Positions 9,327 to 19,343 are shown, counted from the first letter of the stretch. The stretch is 64,000 bases of DNA from Abditibacterium sp. (GCA_965199495.1 CBDASK010000003.1:2880001-2944000); one strand, 5' to 3'. The notes: generated by a model from the sequence alone, not told the origin. Program-made: numbers and translations.

Positions 9327-10433
9327 TCACTCGTCTTCCAACAACTGTTTGAGTTGGGCCAGCGAGCGGCGCATCAAACGCGAGATGTGCATTTGCGAAA
9401 CGTTCATCTGGCGCGCGATTTCGGATTGGGAATGGCCATCGAAAAAGCTCAACTCCAAAACGCGACGCTCCTGCGCTTGCAATTTTTCGAGGGCGGCTTG
9501 CAACGCGGCGTGTTCTTCGTAGGCGTGCAAGTTCGGATCGGGCGCGCCGACCGATTCGGCGATGGTGGCGCTCTCTTCGCCATAAAAACGGTCGTCAATC
9601 GAAATCGGATCAATGGCGCTGCCCAGTTCCATTGCTTCGACGACCTGCTCGACCTCGATTTTTAGGCTGAACGCGATTTCGGCGTAGGTTGGCGAGCGGT
9701 CGAGTTGTTGGGTGAGTTCTTCGATGCGAATTTGCAGCGCGGTGTGCAACTCCTGCAAACCGCGCGGCACGCGCATGCCGGAAACTTTGTCGCGAAAATA
9801 ACGCCGAATTTCGCCCGAAATCGTGGGAATCGCGAACGTCGAAAACTTGACGCCACGCGCCGGATCGTAGCCATCCAACGCGTAAATCAGGCCGAGCATA
9901 CCGACTTGCATTACATCTTCAAACAGCTCACCTCGATCCATGAAACGGCGCGCCAAAAACATCACCATGCTGCGATTCATCAGAATCAAGCGCTCGCGCA
10001 AACGCGGATCGTTGGTCGCTTTCCACCGCACGAAAATCCGCTCGAACTCGGCGTAATCTTCCTCTTTGGCATCGCTCTTGACCGGCTGTTCCGCGCTCAC
10101 CGACGGCTCATCTTCCGCATCTATATCTTCGGTTTCCTCGGTTTCTTCTTCCTCTTCGGTCAGTCCCAAATAGTTTGTCGTGACCGGTTCGGTTTCAGCA
10201 GCCACGGCGTCCGTTTCGTCCGGCGCCATCGTTAAATCTAAAACCTTTTCGCTCTCGATAATTTCTTCGTTTGCTTCGAGTTCTTGCGCGTCTTGCAAAT
10301 CGTAATTTTCCGCTTGCAGAGCCGATTCCTGTTCTCTGCGTTCGCGCAGGGCGTCTTCGTGTGCGCGTGCCGAAGCCGACAATTTCGCATCGAAATCGCT
10401 GCTGTGAATGGGGCGCGGAAGGGGAATATTCAC
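9327..10433 (-). CDS. RNA polymerase sigma factor, SigB/SigF family, with long acidic N-terminus (start uncertain)
   Basis: FEDVMQVGMLGLIYA, FSTFAIPTISGEIRRYFRDK, SQSEIARQMNVSQMHISRL. Confidence 0.93.
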   Translation of the reverse strand: MNIPLPRPIHSSDFDAKLSASARAHEDALRERREQESALQAENYDLQDAQELEANEEIIESEKVLDLTMAPDETDAVAAETEPVTTNYLGLTEEEEETEETEDIDAEDEPSVSAEQPVKSDAKEEDYAEFERIFVRWKATNDPRLRERLILMNRSMVMFLARRFMDRGELFEDVMQVGMLGLIYALDGYDPARGVKFSTFAIPTISGEIRRYFRDKVSGMRVPRGLQELHTALQIRIEELTQQLDRSPTYAEIAFSLKIEVEQVVEAMELGSAIDPISIDDRFYGEESATIAESVGAPDPNLHAYEEHAALQAALEKLQAQERRVLELSFFDGHSQSEIARQMNVSQMHISRLMRRSLAQLKQLLEDE

Positions 10434-10457
10434 GGAAATAAATCTAAAATTTGAAAT

Positions 10458-10973
10458 CTAACGATTAACGGATGGGCGGCGCGCGCCAATCGGGCCGCCG
10501 TGGCTGTTGGGCACGCGCTTGAACATGCGAACCACGGTATCGCGGGTCGGGCCGCTTTGATGATCCACTTCGTCCATCAAAGAACGAATCAACAGCAGGC
10601 CCAAACCGCCTTCGGGCAGTTCGTCGGCCCAGTTGGCGCTGATCACGGGCAACGCGTCCTGCAAGTGGCCTTGATCCACGATTTCAATCCAAAGTCCCTG
10701 CGAGGAAGTTTTGATGACAATCGAAATCGTCGGCTGCTCGCCCGGCGCGGGCCGCAATGGCGCGTGTTGAATCGCGTTATTAATCGCTTCGGTGACGGCG
10801 AGTTTGATGTCTTCGACGGCGTCAACGGGAAACGGCAGACGCGACGCGACGCCCGCCACGGTGAGGCGCGCAACGCGCACCCATTCGCTGCTGGAAGGAA
10901 TGGTCAGCTCGATACGCGAAATTTCGCCCTGCTCATCGGCGGCGGAAATGGAATCGGAAGTGGAGTCGCTCAT
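10458..10973 (-). CDS. rsbW: Anti-sigma factor Ser kinase (RsbW/SpoIIAB family)
   Basis: DIKLAVTEAINNAIQH, DQG, EGGLGLLLIRSLMDEV. Confidence 0.9.
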   Translation of the reverse strand: MSDSTSDSISAADEQGEISRIELTIPSSSEWVRVARLTVAGVASRLPFPVDAVEDIKLAVTEAINNAIQHAPLRPAPGEQPTISIVIKTSSQGLWIEIVDQGHLQDALPVISANWADELPEGGLGLLLIRSLMDEVDHQSGPTRDTVVRMFKRVPNSHGGPIGARRPSVNR

Positions 10974-11398
10974 GAGGATTCTCGTGAAGTTAGAGCCGCG
11001 TCCACCAGGGATTGTGGCGCCGGAGCGGAGTTTTCGCTGGTTTCAAACGCCGCGAGCGCTTCTTCGCGCGTCTTGAAAAGCGGCAACGCGCCGATCAATC
11101 CGGTGATTTCAAAGACGCGACAAACGCGCGCTTGCGGACTGCAAAATTGCAGCGCTCCCCCGGCTTCGCGCGCGCGTTTGAGCGCGCCAACCAGCACGCC
11201 CACGCCCGTCGAATCGAGAAAGGTTACGCCGTTTAAATCAATAACAATGCGCGGCGGCGCCTGACTTTCGATGGCGCGGATAGCTTCGGCGCGCAGTTGC
11301 GGCGCGCTGTGTAAATCGAGTTCTCCCGCGACCTCGATGATCGTCGCGCCCTCGCCAGAATGGGCCACCGGAGGGCGGGTTCGCAGCCGTAAATCCAT
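10970..11398 (-). CDS. rsbV: Anti-anti-sigma factor, STAS domain (RsbV/SpoIIAA)
   Basis: GELDLHSAPQLR, FLDSTGVGVL, VFEITGL; ATGA overlap with rsbW. Confidence 0.92.
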   Translation of the reverse strand: MDLRLRTRPPVAHSGEGATIIEVAGELDLHSAPQLRAEAIRAIESQAPPRIVIDLNGVTFLDSTGVGVLVGALKRAREAGGALQFCSPQARVCRVFEITGLIGALPLFKTREEALAAFETSENSAPAPQSLVDAALTSRESS

Positions 11399-11480
11399 GC
11401 GTCACAGTGTAGTCAAACCAAAAATTTTTGCCACAAAAGCGCTTAACAATTTCGGATAGGTTTGGAGGAAAGCGCTGGGT

Positions 11481-12806
11481 TTATTCCCTCTCCGAATCTC
11501 GCCGCTCGCGCATGCGGCGCGCGATTTTGGCTTCGACTCCGTTTTCGGTCGGCTCATAAAATGGGGGATGCTCGAACTCGGCGGGCAGATACTCCTGCGC
11601 GACGTAGTTTTGCGCGTAATCGTGCGGATACAAATAGCCTTTTCCGGCGCCGGTTTCTTTGGCGCCTTTGAGCGCAGTCGAGCGCAAATGCGGCGGCACG
11701 CGAATCGGCGCGCCCTGCGCGACGGCGGCTTTGGCGCGTTGCATCCCAAGATAAGCCGCGTTCGATTTGGGCGCGCACGCCAGATACGTCGTCGCGTGCG
11801 CGAGCGGAATCGCGGCTTCGGGCATTCCGATTTTCTCCACCGCGTTCAATGCAGCCACGGCGACGACCAAGCCCTGCGGATCGGCGTTGCCTACGTCTTC
11901 GCTGGCCGCGATAACCAAGCGTCGCGCCACGAACATCGGGTCTTCGCCGCCTTCGAGCATCCGCATCATCCAATATAAGGCCGCGTCGGGGTCGCTGCCT
12001 CGGATGGATTTGATATACGCCGAAATCGTGTCGTAATGCGCGTCACCGCGCAAGTCGTAATTCAAGGCGCGTTTGCCCAACGCCGACTGCGCGTTTTCCA
12101 AAGTTAAGCGTCCATCGCGCGCCAAATCCGCCGCCATCTCCAAAGCGCCCAGCGCCAGACGCGCATCGCCTGCCGCGCCCCACGCGATATAATCGAGCGC
12201 CTCGTCATCGGCGCGCAAATTCAACGATTGCAAACCGCGTTCGTCGGATAACGCGCGTTTCAATAATTCCAACAAATCGCTGTCTTGGAGCGGTTCAAAA
12301 GCGAACATTCGACAGCGCGACAAGAGCGGCCCGTTCAATGCGGCGAGCGGATTTTCGGTTGTGGCGCCCAAAAGCGTCAACGTGCCATCTTCGACGTGCG
12401 GCAAAAACGCATCTTGTTGCGCGCGATTGAAGCGGTGAATTTCGTCCACGAACAACAGCGTACGCTGCGGGATTTTGCGCCGCGTGCGGGCGGCTTCGAC
12501 GATCTTGCGCACATCAGCCACGCCGCCGGTGATGGCCGAAAATTCCTCGAAATGCGATTGAGTTAAGGTCGCCAGCAAACGCGCGAGCGTGGTTTTGCCG
12601 ACACCGGCGGGGCCATAAAATATCGCCGACGGCACGCGATCCGACTGCGCGGCGCGCCGTAATGGCGCATCGGGGCCGATCAAATGCCCTTGCCCGACGA
12701 ATTCATCGAAGTTTCGCGGGCGAAGTCGCGCGGCGAGCGGCGCGTTATCGGGCGGCGTGGCTGGTGTTGCGCTCAGGTTGATTTCGGCGTCATCGAATAA
12801 GTTCAT
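11481..12806 (-). CDS. rarA: Replication-associated recombination protein A
   Basis: PLAARLRP, GPAGVGKTT, DEIHRFNRAQQD, ISAYIKSIRGSDPDA, YLYPHDY. Confidence 0.96.
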   Translation of the reverse strand: MNLFDDAEINLSATPATPPDNAPLAARLRPRNFDEFVGQGHLIGPDAPLRRAAQSDRVPSAIFYGPAGVGKTTLARLLATLTQSHFEEFSAITGGVADVRKIVEAARTRRKIPQRTLLFVDEIHRFNRAQQDAFLPHVEDGTLTLLGATTENPLAALNGPLLSRCRMFAFEPLQDSDLLELLKRALSDERGLQSLNLRADDEALDYIAWGAAGDARLALGALEMAADLARDGRLTLENAQSALGKRALNYDLRGDAHYDTISAYIKSIRGSDPDAALYWMMRMLEGGEDPMFVARRLVIAASEDVGNADPQGLVVAVAALNAVEKIGMPEAAIPLAHATTYLACAPKSNAAYLGMQRAKAAVAQGAPIRVPPHLRSTALKGAKETGAGKGYLYPHDYAQNYVAQEYLPAEFEHPPFYEPTENGVEAKIARRMRERRDSERE

Positions 12807-12818
12807 CGAGATGAAAAT

Positions 12819-12916
12819 CGTAGAGACGCCGATTTATCGCGTCTGAGACGTGAAGGAACCCGTCAAATTTTGCGGGAGTTTCAACGTTTGAGACGCGATA
12901 AATCGGCGTCTCTACG
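12819..12916. repeat. GTAG-tagged REP doublet (REPIN), family B
   Basis: CGTAGAGACGCCGATTTATCGCGTCT...AGACGCGATAAATCGGCGTCTCTACG; recurs at 22205, 23090, 60190. Confidence 0.9.
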
Positions 12917-12918
12917 GG

Positions 12919-14118
12919 TTATTTCGAGCCAGCTTTCCAATTGAAGCCGAAACCAAAGCGTTGGTCGGCCTCCATGTGGCCCTTGAAATATTGTTCTTCC
13001 TTGGTAATTTCGATATGTCCGCCGACGCTGCGAACCGTCGCGACGGCGCAAAAGCCCAGACCGCGTTCGGGCGCGCCCAGACGAATTGTAATTTCGTTGC
13101 CGCTCTGGTCTTTGAGCGTGACACGTCCGCCCACCGAAGTGAAATCGGGCGCGCCCTCGTAAATCAGCGCGAAAATCATGACCAATTCGATTTCGTCGGG
13201 CCGAAAAATCGTCAGGTTCTCGCCGTCCTGCGCGGCGCCGGAACGGTCGTCTTTGTCGAGATAGATGAACGGCTCGCTATTTTGCGAACCGAAATAATTG
13301 CCCAACGGTTGAATCACGCCGCTACGCCCGTTTTTGAGGCGAAACATACAACCCAAATCCAAATCGGGCGCGCTGCCGGTGAGCGAGGCCAGAAATCCTT
13401 TTTTTGCGGGCGCTTCCCAATTCAAATTGACGTAAACCGGCTGCACGCCGCCGCCTTTTTGCAGGCTAATCGCCGCTTTTTCGCCCTTCTTATCGAGCGT
13501 GACTTTGCCCAGATTTACCTTCGACGGCGCCGCCGTGGCTGCTGGCGGCGGCGCAACTGGCGTTGGCGGCGCAACTGGCGCGCTCGGCGCCGTGCCCAAT
13601 TCTTCGCCACCGAAATTCTTCAACAGCGCCGATAATCCGCCCGCGAAACCTTGGCCGACGGCAGCTAATCGCCACACGTCTTTCTTATAAATTTCGGCGA
13701 CAATGACGGCTTTTTCCGCGCCAAAATCGGATCCAGCGAACGGAAAACGCGCGATCTCTTGGCCGCCTGCTTCCAACCGAAAATAGCCGCTTTGCAGCGA
13801 TTTCATTTCGCCCGTGCCGTCAACGGTCAAGGCGAAAACCAATTTTTGAATTGACGCGGGCAGTTTGGTTAAATCGATCTCAAAAGTCTCGGCGTCACCG
13901 CTGTGCGAGCCGACCATGCGCAACGCGCCTTCGGGCGAAGTGCGCTGATTATAAAAAACGAAATAGCGGTCGTCGGAGAGTTGGCCCTGATCGTCCACGC
14001 CAAAACACGAAATATCGAACGATAACGCCGCCGATTGCGCGCCAATTCCGGCGCACAGTTGCAACGATTGAGTGAGATCAGCCAATTTAATTTTCTGGCC
14101 GCGCATCAATTGGGGCAT
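12919..14118 (-). CDS. TerD-domain protein with Pro-rich linker and C-terminal TerA/TerD-like domain
   Basis: [26 protein letters not shown]; second domain DLDLGCMF..LDKDDRSG; start set at MPQLMRGQK. Confidence 0.88.
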   Translation of the reverse strand: MPQLMRGQKIKLADLTQSLQLCAGIGAQSAALSFDISCFGVDDQGQLSDDRYFVFYNQRTSPEGALRMVGSHSGDAETFEIDLTKLPASIQKLVFALTVDGTGEMKSLQSGYFRLEAGGQEIARFPFAGSDFGAEKAVIVAEIYKKDVWRLAAVGQGFAGGLSALLKNFGGEELGTAPSAPVAPPTPVAPPPAATAAPSKVNLGKVTLDKKGEKAAISLQKGGGVQPVYVNLNWEAPAKKGFLASLTGSAPDLDLGCMFRLKNGRSGVIQPLGNYFGSQNSEPFIYLDKDDRSGAAQDGENLTIFRPDEIELVMIFALIYEGAPDFTSVGGRVTLKDQSGNEITIRLGAPERGLGFCAVATVRSVGGHIEITKEEQYFKGHMEADQRFGFGFNWKAGSK

Positions 14119-14128
14119 GATGTTTTTG

Positions 14129-14250
14129 GGTGACAAGTGTCAGGTGGCAAGTGACAAAGCGAATCTGGCGAACGCGCGTAGGCTTGCTTTTACAATTTCG
14201 TGTGCTATATGCTTCGCGTGATTGTTACTTGCCACCTGACACTTGTCACC
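14129..14250. repeat. Heptamer-armed hairpin element, GTGGCAA type, no ORF
   Basis: 29-bp arms (28/29 complementary); internal core homologous to 26288-26330. Confidence 0.88.
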
Positions 14251-14826
14251 TTAAATATGGACGCCAAAGTTTTGGGCGAGCGGGCCTAAGCCACCGGCAA
14301 AGCCTTGACCGACGGCGCGGAATTTCCATTCGCCCGCGTTGCGATAAACCTCGCCGAAAATCATCGCGGTTTCGGTTGAGGCGTCCTCGCTCAAATCGTA
14401 GCGCACGATTTCGTTGTTGGTTTCGACATTGACCACGCGAATAAACGCTTCGGCGACCTGACCGAAATTTTGTCCGCGCGCTTGCGCCTCGTGAATCGTG
14501 ACCGTAAAAGCCAACTTGAAAATATCCGCCGAAATGTTGGCCAGATCAACGATGATGGATTCGTCGTCGCCTTCGCCTTCGCCGGTCAAGTTATCGCCGG
14601 TATGTTGGACGGTGCCATCGGGCGTTTGCAGTTGGTTATAAAAAATGAAATCGGCATCCGAACGGACTTTGCCGGTTTCGCCCGTCAAAAAACACGAAGC
14701 GTCCAAGTCGAAATCGGCGCCTTCGGTCTGGCGCACGTCCCAGCCCAGACCGACGCTAATCTTCTTCAAACCCGGATCGGATTTGGTGAGCGACAAATTG
14801 CCGCCTTTGTTAAGTGAAATAGCCAT
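14251..14826 (-). CDS. terD: TerD/TerE family protein
   Basis: [46 protein letters not shown]. Confidence 0.93.
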   Translation of the reverse strand: MAISLNKGGNLSLTKSDPGLKKISVGLGWDVRQTEGADFDLDASCFLTGETGKVRSDADFIFYNQLQTPDGTVQHTGDNLTGEGEGDDESIIVDLANISADIFKLAFTVTIHEAQARGQNFGQVAEAFIRVVNVETNNEIVRYDLSEDASTETAMIFGEVYRNAGEWKFRAVGQGFAGGLGPLAQNFGVHI

Positions 14827-14833
14827 TATCTTG

Positions 14834-14935
14834 AGGAACAAGGGACAAGGGACAGGGAACAAGAAGGGAACTCGCAATTGATCTGCGCAGGTCTTAATTT
14901 CTGACCTTGTCCCTTGTTCCCTGTCCCTTGCTCCT
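14834..14935. repeat. Heptamer-armed hairpin element, GGGACAA type
   Basis: aggaacaagggacaagggacagggaacaag...ccttgtcccttgttccctgtcccttgctcct fills the terD-terD gap. Confidence 0.85.
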
Positions 14936-14940
14936 TTAAA

Positions 14941-15516
14941 TTAAATCGAAACTCCGAAGTTGCGCGCGAGCGGGCCTAAGCCACCGGCGAAACCTTGTCC
15001 AATCGCTTTGAACTTCCATTCGCCCGAATTGCGATAAATTTCGCCGAAAATCATCGCGGTTTCGGTCGAGGCGTCTTCGCTCAAATCGTAGCGCGCGATT
15101 TCGGCGCCGGTGTCGTCGTTGACCACGCGCATGAACGCGTTGGAAACCATGCCGAAGTTCTGATTGCGCGCATCGGCTTCATGAATCGTGACAGCGACCG
15201 ACAACTTCGCCACATCGGCGGGCACGCTGTCGAGCATGACTTTGACTTGCTCATCGTCGCCATCGCCCGCGCCAGTCAGATTGTCGCCCTGATGCTCGAC
15301 CGAATGGGCGGCGTCGGTTTTGTTGTTGTAGAAAATAAAATCGGCGTCGGAGCGGACTTTACTGGCTTCGGTCAGCAAAAAGACCGAAGCGTCCAAATCG
15401 AAATCGGTGCCATCGGTGGCGCGCGTGTCCCAACCCAGACCAATCGCGATTTTTTTGAGGCCCGGCGCCTCTTTGGACAATGAGACGTTGCCGCCTTTGG
15501 AAAGTGAAACTGCCAT
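14941..15516 (-). CDS. terD: TerD/TerE family protein
   Basis: [26 protein letters not shown]; close paralog of the adjacent gene. Confidence 0.93.
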   Translation of the reverse strand: MAVSLSKGGNVSLSKEAPGLKKIAIGLGWDTRATDGTDFDLDASVFLLTEASKVRSDADFIFYNNKTDAAHSVEHQGDNLTGAGDGDDEQVKVMLDSVPADVAKLSVAVTIHEADARNQNFGMVSNAFMRVVNDDTGAEIARYDLSEDASTETAMIFGEIYRNSGEWKFKAIGQGFAGGLGPLARNFGVSI

Positions 15517-15635
15517 AATTTTGTTTTGTTAACTCCTGTGAAATTTTCTCCGCTCCCTTGTCGGCGGGAAGTCGCGCCGGATAAGTGCGATTTACGCGCC
15601 GCCAGTTTCGATAATTGATTAAGCCTTATCAACAA

Positions 15636-16391
15636 TTACGCTTTTCGTCGCGCGTGACGCAACTTCTCCAATTCGGCTTTGATCGGTTGCCAGTATTGGC
15701 GGTCACGCTCGCGCTCGTGCGCTTCTTCCTCGTGCAGAGCAGTTTCTAACTCCGCTTCAGAACTCGATAATTTGCCCAGAAGTGCGCGTTGCGAAACCAA
15801 TTTTTGGCGTTGATTGGGAAACAGTTCGCCAGCTTCGCGCAGCAACGTGGGCGTGCGCAGTTCGCGTAGCCAAAACTCGATGCGGGGCGGCGTGGCTGCA
15901 TCGCGATGTTCGAGATAATGCACTTCGAGCAAGCGCCGAATCATCGGCCAATCTTTGTCGCGTTGCGTTTTTTTCGCTTTAACTAAATCGGGGAGAGACA
16001 GCAGGTCGAAACTCTGATTTTCCAATTCAATCGTAGTGCGGCGCTCCCAGAGTTGCTCGAAATCGTCAACTCCGCGCATGACGGCCATTACATCAACGCG
16101 CATTTCGCGCGCTTGCGGATGGAAGCAGCGAAAGTGGACGGCGTGACCGCGCCGCAGATAATCGGCGTCGAAAGCAGGCACCGCAATGGTTTTTGCCTGT
16201 AATTCATCCAGCGCGTTGTGCAGGGCCAACAAATTCGCGGCATCGGGCACAATGGCGAAATCGGCGTCGCGGCTAAACTCCGCCGCGCCGTACAATACGC
16301 ACGCCTGACCGCCCATCAAAAGCGCGCGGCACCGGTGTTTCTGGATCGTAGAAAGGACTTTGCGTATCGGGTTCGGGATCAAGATTGCCAC
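15636..16391 (-). CDS. Pol-beta-superfamily nucleotidyltransferase (AbiEii/DUF6036-like); start uncertain
   Basis: LLMGGQACVLYG...SRDADF (GG + DxD), VDVM, LVKAKKTQRDKD. Confidence 0.75.
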   Translation of the reverse strand: MAILIPNPIRKVLSTIQKHRCRALLMGGQACVLYGAAEFSRDADFAIVPDAANLLALHNALDELQAKTIAVPAFDADYLRRGHAVHFRCFHPQAREMRVDVMAVMRGVDDFEQLWERRTTIELENQSFDLLSLPDLVKAKKTQRDKDWPMIRRLLEVHYLEHRDAATPPRIEFWLRELRTPTLLREAGELFPNQRQKLVSQRALLGKLSSSEAELETALHEEEAHERERDRQYWQPIKAELEKLRHARRKA

Positions 16392-16524
16392 CCAGCGTTA
16401 GAAAAATTTGCCATAACTTACCCGTTTCGGCCCAGCGCTCTGCGGGCGTTAGATAAAACCATTCGACCCATTCATCAGGCCACAAATCTTCCGGTTGAAC
16501 GAGGTGGCGCGAGGAATCGGACAT
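16273..16524 (-). CDS. Small protein overlapping the nucleotidyltransferase start (possible antitoxin/partner)
   Basis: 83 aa MSDSS...EWFYLTPAERWAETGKLWQ; acidic/aromatic and overlaps the downstream gene. Confidence 0.55.
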   Translation of the reverse strand: MSDSSRHLVQPEDLWPDEWVEWFYLTPAERWAETGKLWQIFLTLGGNLDPEPDTQSPFYDPETPVPRAFDGRSGVRIVRRGGV

Positions 16525-16606
16525 AACATTTGAAGCGGTGCGAGTTGCGCGCCGTCTACCCTTACAATTGATGGGCTTGGTGGCGCTGGCAATAGTGCCC
16601 ATAAAA

Positions 16607-16927
16607 TTAGACTACCGCGCGCCCGCCAACAATAATGTGGCCCTGCCAGATACCTGAAAACCACCAGTATGTGATGGTGCAATCCTGTTCATCTAACCGG
16701 CAAGAGTAGTGGACGAATTGTAAAAACAACGTATAAAAAACTTTGCGAAACACTTCTTTGTCGTCAACCCAAACGATGAAAGTTGTTTTGAATAAACCGC
16801 CGATCAATTCAACTTTAATTTCGTGGGAAGCGATAAGATTAAAATCAACTTTTGTGAACTGATGAGATAAAGTCCGATGTTTAGTCACTTTAAGGTTGGT
16901 GAAAACGGGATCGTTGTGCTGTTTCAT
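16607..16927 (-). CDS. Small hypothetical protein, AT-rich
   Basis: 106-aa ORF co-oriented with the cluster in a visibly low-GC patch. Confidence 0.5.
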   Translation of the reverse strand: MKQHNDPVFTNLKVTKHRTLSHQFTKVDFNLIASHEIKVELIGGLFKTTFIVWVDDKEVFRKVFYTLFLQFVHYSCRLDEQDCTITYWWFSGIWQGHIIVGGRAVV

Positions 16928-16978
16928 TATGCTATTCTCACGCGATCCGCTCGATGAACTTAACGCAATAAGTGCGAT

Positions 16979-18277
16979 TTACGCGCCGCCAACGCGTTTG
17001 CTTTGCGCCGCCGCCGCGTTCGCGTCGGCGCGCGCGGTGCGGCCCGAAAGCGGAATCGGGCGCACCAAACCCGCGTGCCGCACTTCGATTTGGCCCGCCA
17101 AAAACGTGTCCGGCCCAATGCCGTTGGCCACGATTTCGATTTCGTGCGCGCCCGTGCCCAATTGCGTTGGCTTAATTTGCAAACCGCTCACGCTGGTTTG
17201 AAGTTGGCAATCCGTGGGCACTTTCACCGAAAAACGCCACGAATTGAGCGCGCGCGGCGCGAACTCGCCCAAGTCGAGCGCGACCGGCAATTGCCAATCG
17301 TCCGCCGTTTCGCTGTTCATGCCGACGACGCGCCCGCGCACTTCAACGCGCTCTAACGTCGGAACCGCGCCCTCGACTTGAAGCGCGACATCGTTTTCGC
17401 CGCCATCGGTCACTTCGATTTGCAGACCACACAACGTTACGCCCGCGCTCGCAACCCCAACAACTGGCCCATTCCCCGCCCAAATTACGGCACCTTCGCC
17501 TTTAATTGTCAACGCGCGCTGTATGCGAATCGGCCCGCGATACTCGCCGCGCGGCAACCGAATCGTCGCGCCGGTTGTGGCTTGGTCAACTATTTTTTGT
17601 AATTCGCCCAACGCCACAACAGCAGCCACGGCGGGCGTGGCTCGCTGGTTCGCTGGCGCCGACAAACTTGCCGGATCGGAAAGCGGCGCGCTCGGCGGCG
17701 TGGAAACCGAAGTCGAAACCGGGCTTTGAACGGGCGCGCGCGCATCATCTTTGACGACTTCGCCGCCGAAATGCGCCAGCAACGCGCCCAAATCTCCGGC
17801 GAATCCCTGACCCGACGCCCACACGCGCCAGACACCTTCTTTCCGATAAATTTCGGCCAACATCAGCGCTCCTTCTTTATCGAAATCGGCGCCGCTAAAT
17901 GGATAACGCATCAACGTTTGGCCGCCCGATTTAAGCGTCAATTCGCTGGCGCCCAATTCGCGCATCGTGCCCGCGCCATCAACGGAAAGGGTGAAAACCA
18001 AACGCGCAACTGAAGCGGGTAATTTGTCCAAATCGAACGCGAAAGTCGCGATTTTGTCGGCGAGTTCGCTTAATTGAATCGCATCGTCGGGCGCGGCTTT
18101 TTGGTTGAAGAAAACCATGAAACGGTCGTCGGAGAGTTGACCATTTGAGTCAATGCCAAAACAGACGAAATCGAAAACCGGCAACGCGCTGCGCGCGCGC
18201 ACTTCGAGCGTGAAGCGCGTCGCGTTGGGCGCGAGTTGCGATAGTTTGGCGCGTTGACCGCGAATAAAATTTTGCAT
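16979..18277 (-). CDS. TerD domain fused to a short right-handed beta-helix-like region and a beta-rich C-terminus
   Basis: LSDDRFMVFFNQ..WASGQGF; LQKIVDQATTGATIRLPRGEYRGPIRIQRALTIKG resembles a pectate-lyase/NosD-type start. Confidence 0.8.
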   Translation of the reverse strand: MQNFIRGQRAKLSQLAPNATRFTLEVRARSALPVFDFVCFGIDSNGQLSDDRFMVFFNQKAAPDDAIQLSELADKIATFAFDLDKLPASVARLVFTLSVDGAGTMRELGASELTLKSGGQTLMRYPFSGADFDKEGALMLAEIYRKEGVWRVWASGQGFAGDLGALLAHFGGEVVKDDARAPVQSPVSTSVSTPPSAPLSDPASLSAPANQRATPAVAAVVALGELQKIVDQATTGATIRLPRGEYRGPIRIQRALTIKGEGAVIWAGNGPVVGVASAGVTLCGLQIEVTDGGENDVALQVEGAVPTLERVEVRGRVVGMNSETADDWQLPVALDLGEFAPRALNSWRFSVKVPTDCQLQTSVSGLQIKPTQLGTGAHEIEIVANGIGPDTFLAGQIEVRHAGLVRPIPLSGRTARADANAAAAQSKRVGGA

Positions 18278-18347
18278 TTGGGAAGGATGGAGAAGTTTAA
18301 ACGCTCGAACTCACCCAGTTGCCTCTGCAAGCGTTAAGCGCGTCGTC

Positions 18348-19340
18348 TCACATGATCGAGTTCCAATCGACGCGTGGCGCTTCGCCTTGCATTAGCTCGG
18401 CAATTTGAGCGCCTTCGCCAACGCCGTGGAGCCATTCGCATAACGCGACGTGAGCCTCCACTTGCTCGTGCGCGTTTGGCTCATTTGCCACGATTTCGAT
18501 GCGCCCCTCGGACGCGTTTTGCAAGCACAAAAATTCATTGTCTCGCGGCGACGGAGCCAAATGCCGCAAAATCAGCTCGCGCCACTTTTTGATGCGCGCG
18601 GGCATCCGCAAACCCAATGGCCCAGCGCTACTCAATTGCAAAAATTCCCACGGTCTGGCCTCGCTTTCGCGATAGGAAAATCCCAGATGGTAACGCTCCC
18701 CAGAGTAAGGCTCGCTTGGCGAAGGCTCCGTCCATAACGCCCGGTTCGCGTGCAAAATTTGGGTCATCAGGCGCTGGATATGCTCGATTTCTGGCGCCGA
18801 AATTCCGAAAATGCAGCTTTGCCGTTGCGCCGCGTCGAAGTGGAGCCAATCGAACGCCACGCGCGCCTCACAATGCGAATGTTTCAACCAGTCGCGCACC
18901 AGATGTTCGGCTCGATTCGCGCTCAAATCGAAAAATTCTTGCGGCCTCCAATCGGGCGCTCGAAAGCGCGCGTGTTGGCCGTTCCATGACCAATGGCCTT
19001 CGCGCAAACCGAGCCGCAAAAAGTGCCATCCGCGCCGACCATAAAGCGCGCCATCAAGGTTAAAATGGCGCTCGAAATCTGGGTTTGGCTCGCGGCGTAG
19101 ATAATCTTCCACATCGAACTGCGGTTGCCACGTATATTGCGGAATCAACCAGTTGCCGACCTCGTCGCTGCTGGCCTCGCGCGCATAGGCGAAACGTCCG
19201 CGTGGCGTTTCAATTGTGCGCACCAAAAGTTCGGCATCGCGCCACGCGCCGTGCACGACATAATCCGCCGGAGCCACGCGCGCAACTTCGGCATCGAGCG
19301 GCACCTCCCACGGGGCGAGCGGAAAATTAGGCAATTTCAT
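18348..19340 (-). CDS. Hypothetical protein
   Basis: 330-aa ORF starting 3 bp after the kinase stop; no motif recognised. Confidence 0.65.
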   Translation of the reverse strand: MKLPNFPLAPWEVPLDAEVARVAPADYVVHGAWRDAELLVRTIETPRGRFAYAREASSDEVGNWLIPQYTWQPQFDVEDYLRREPNPDFERHFNLDGALYGRRGWHFLRLGLREGHWSWNGQHARFRAPDWRPQEFFDLSANRAEHLVRDWLKHSHCEARVAFDWLHFDAAQRQSCIFGISAPEIEHIQRLMTQILHANRALWTEPSPSEPYSGERYHLGFSYRESEARPWEFLQLSSAGPLGLRMPARIKKWRELILRHLAPSPRDNEFLCLQNASEGRIEIVANEPNAHEQVEAHVALCEWLHGVGEGAQIAELMQGEAPRVDWNSIM

Positions 19341-19343
19341 AAT

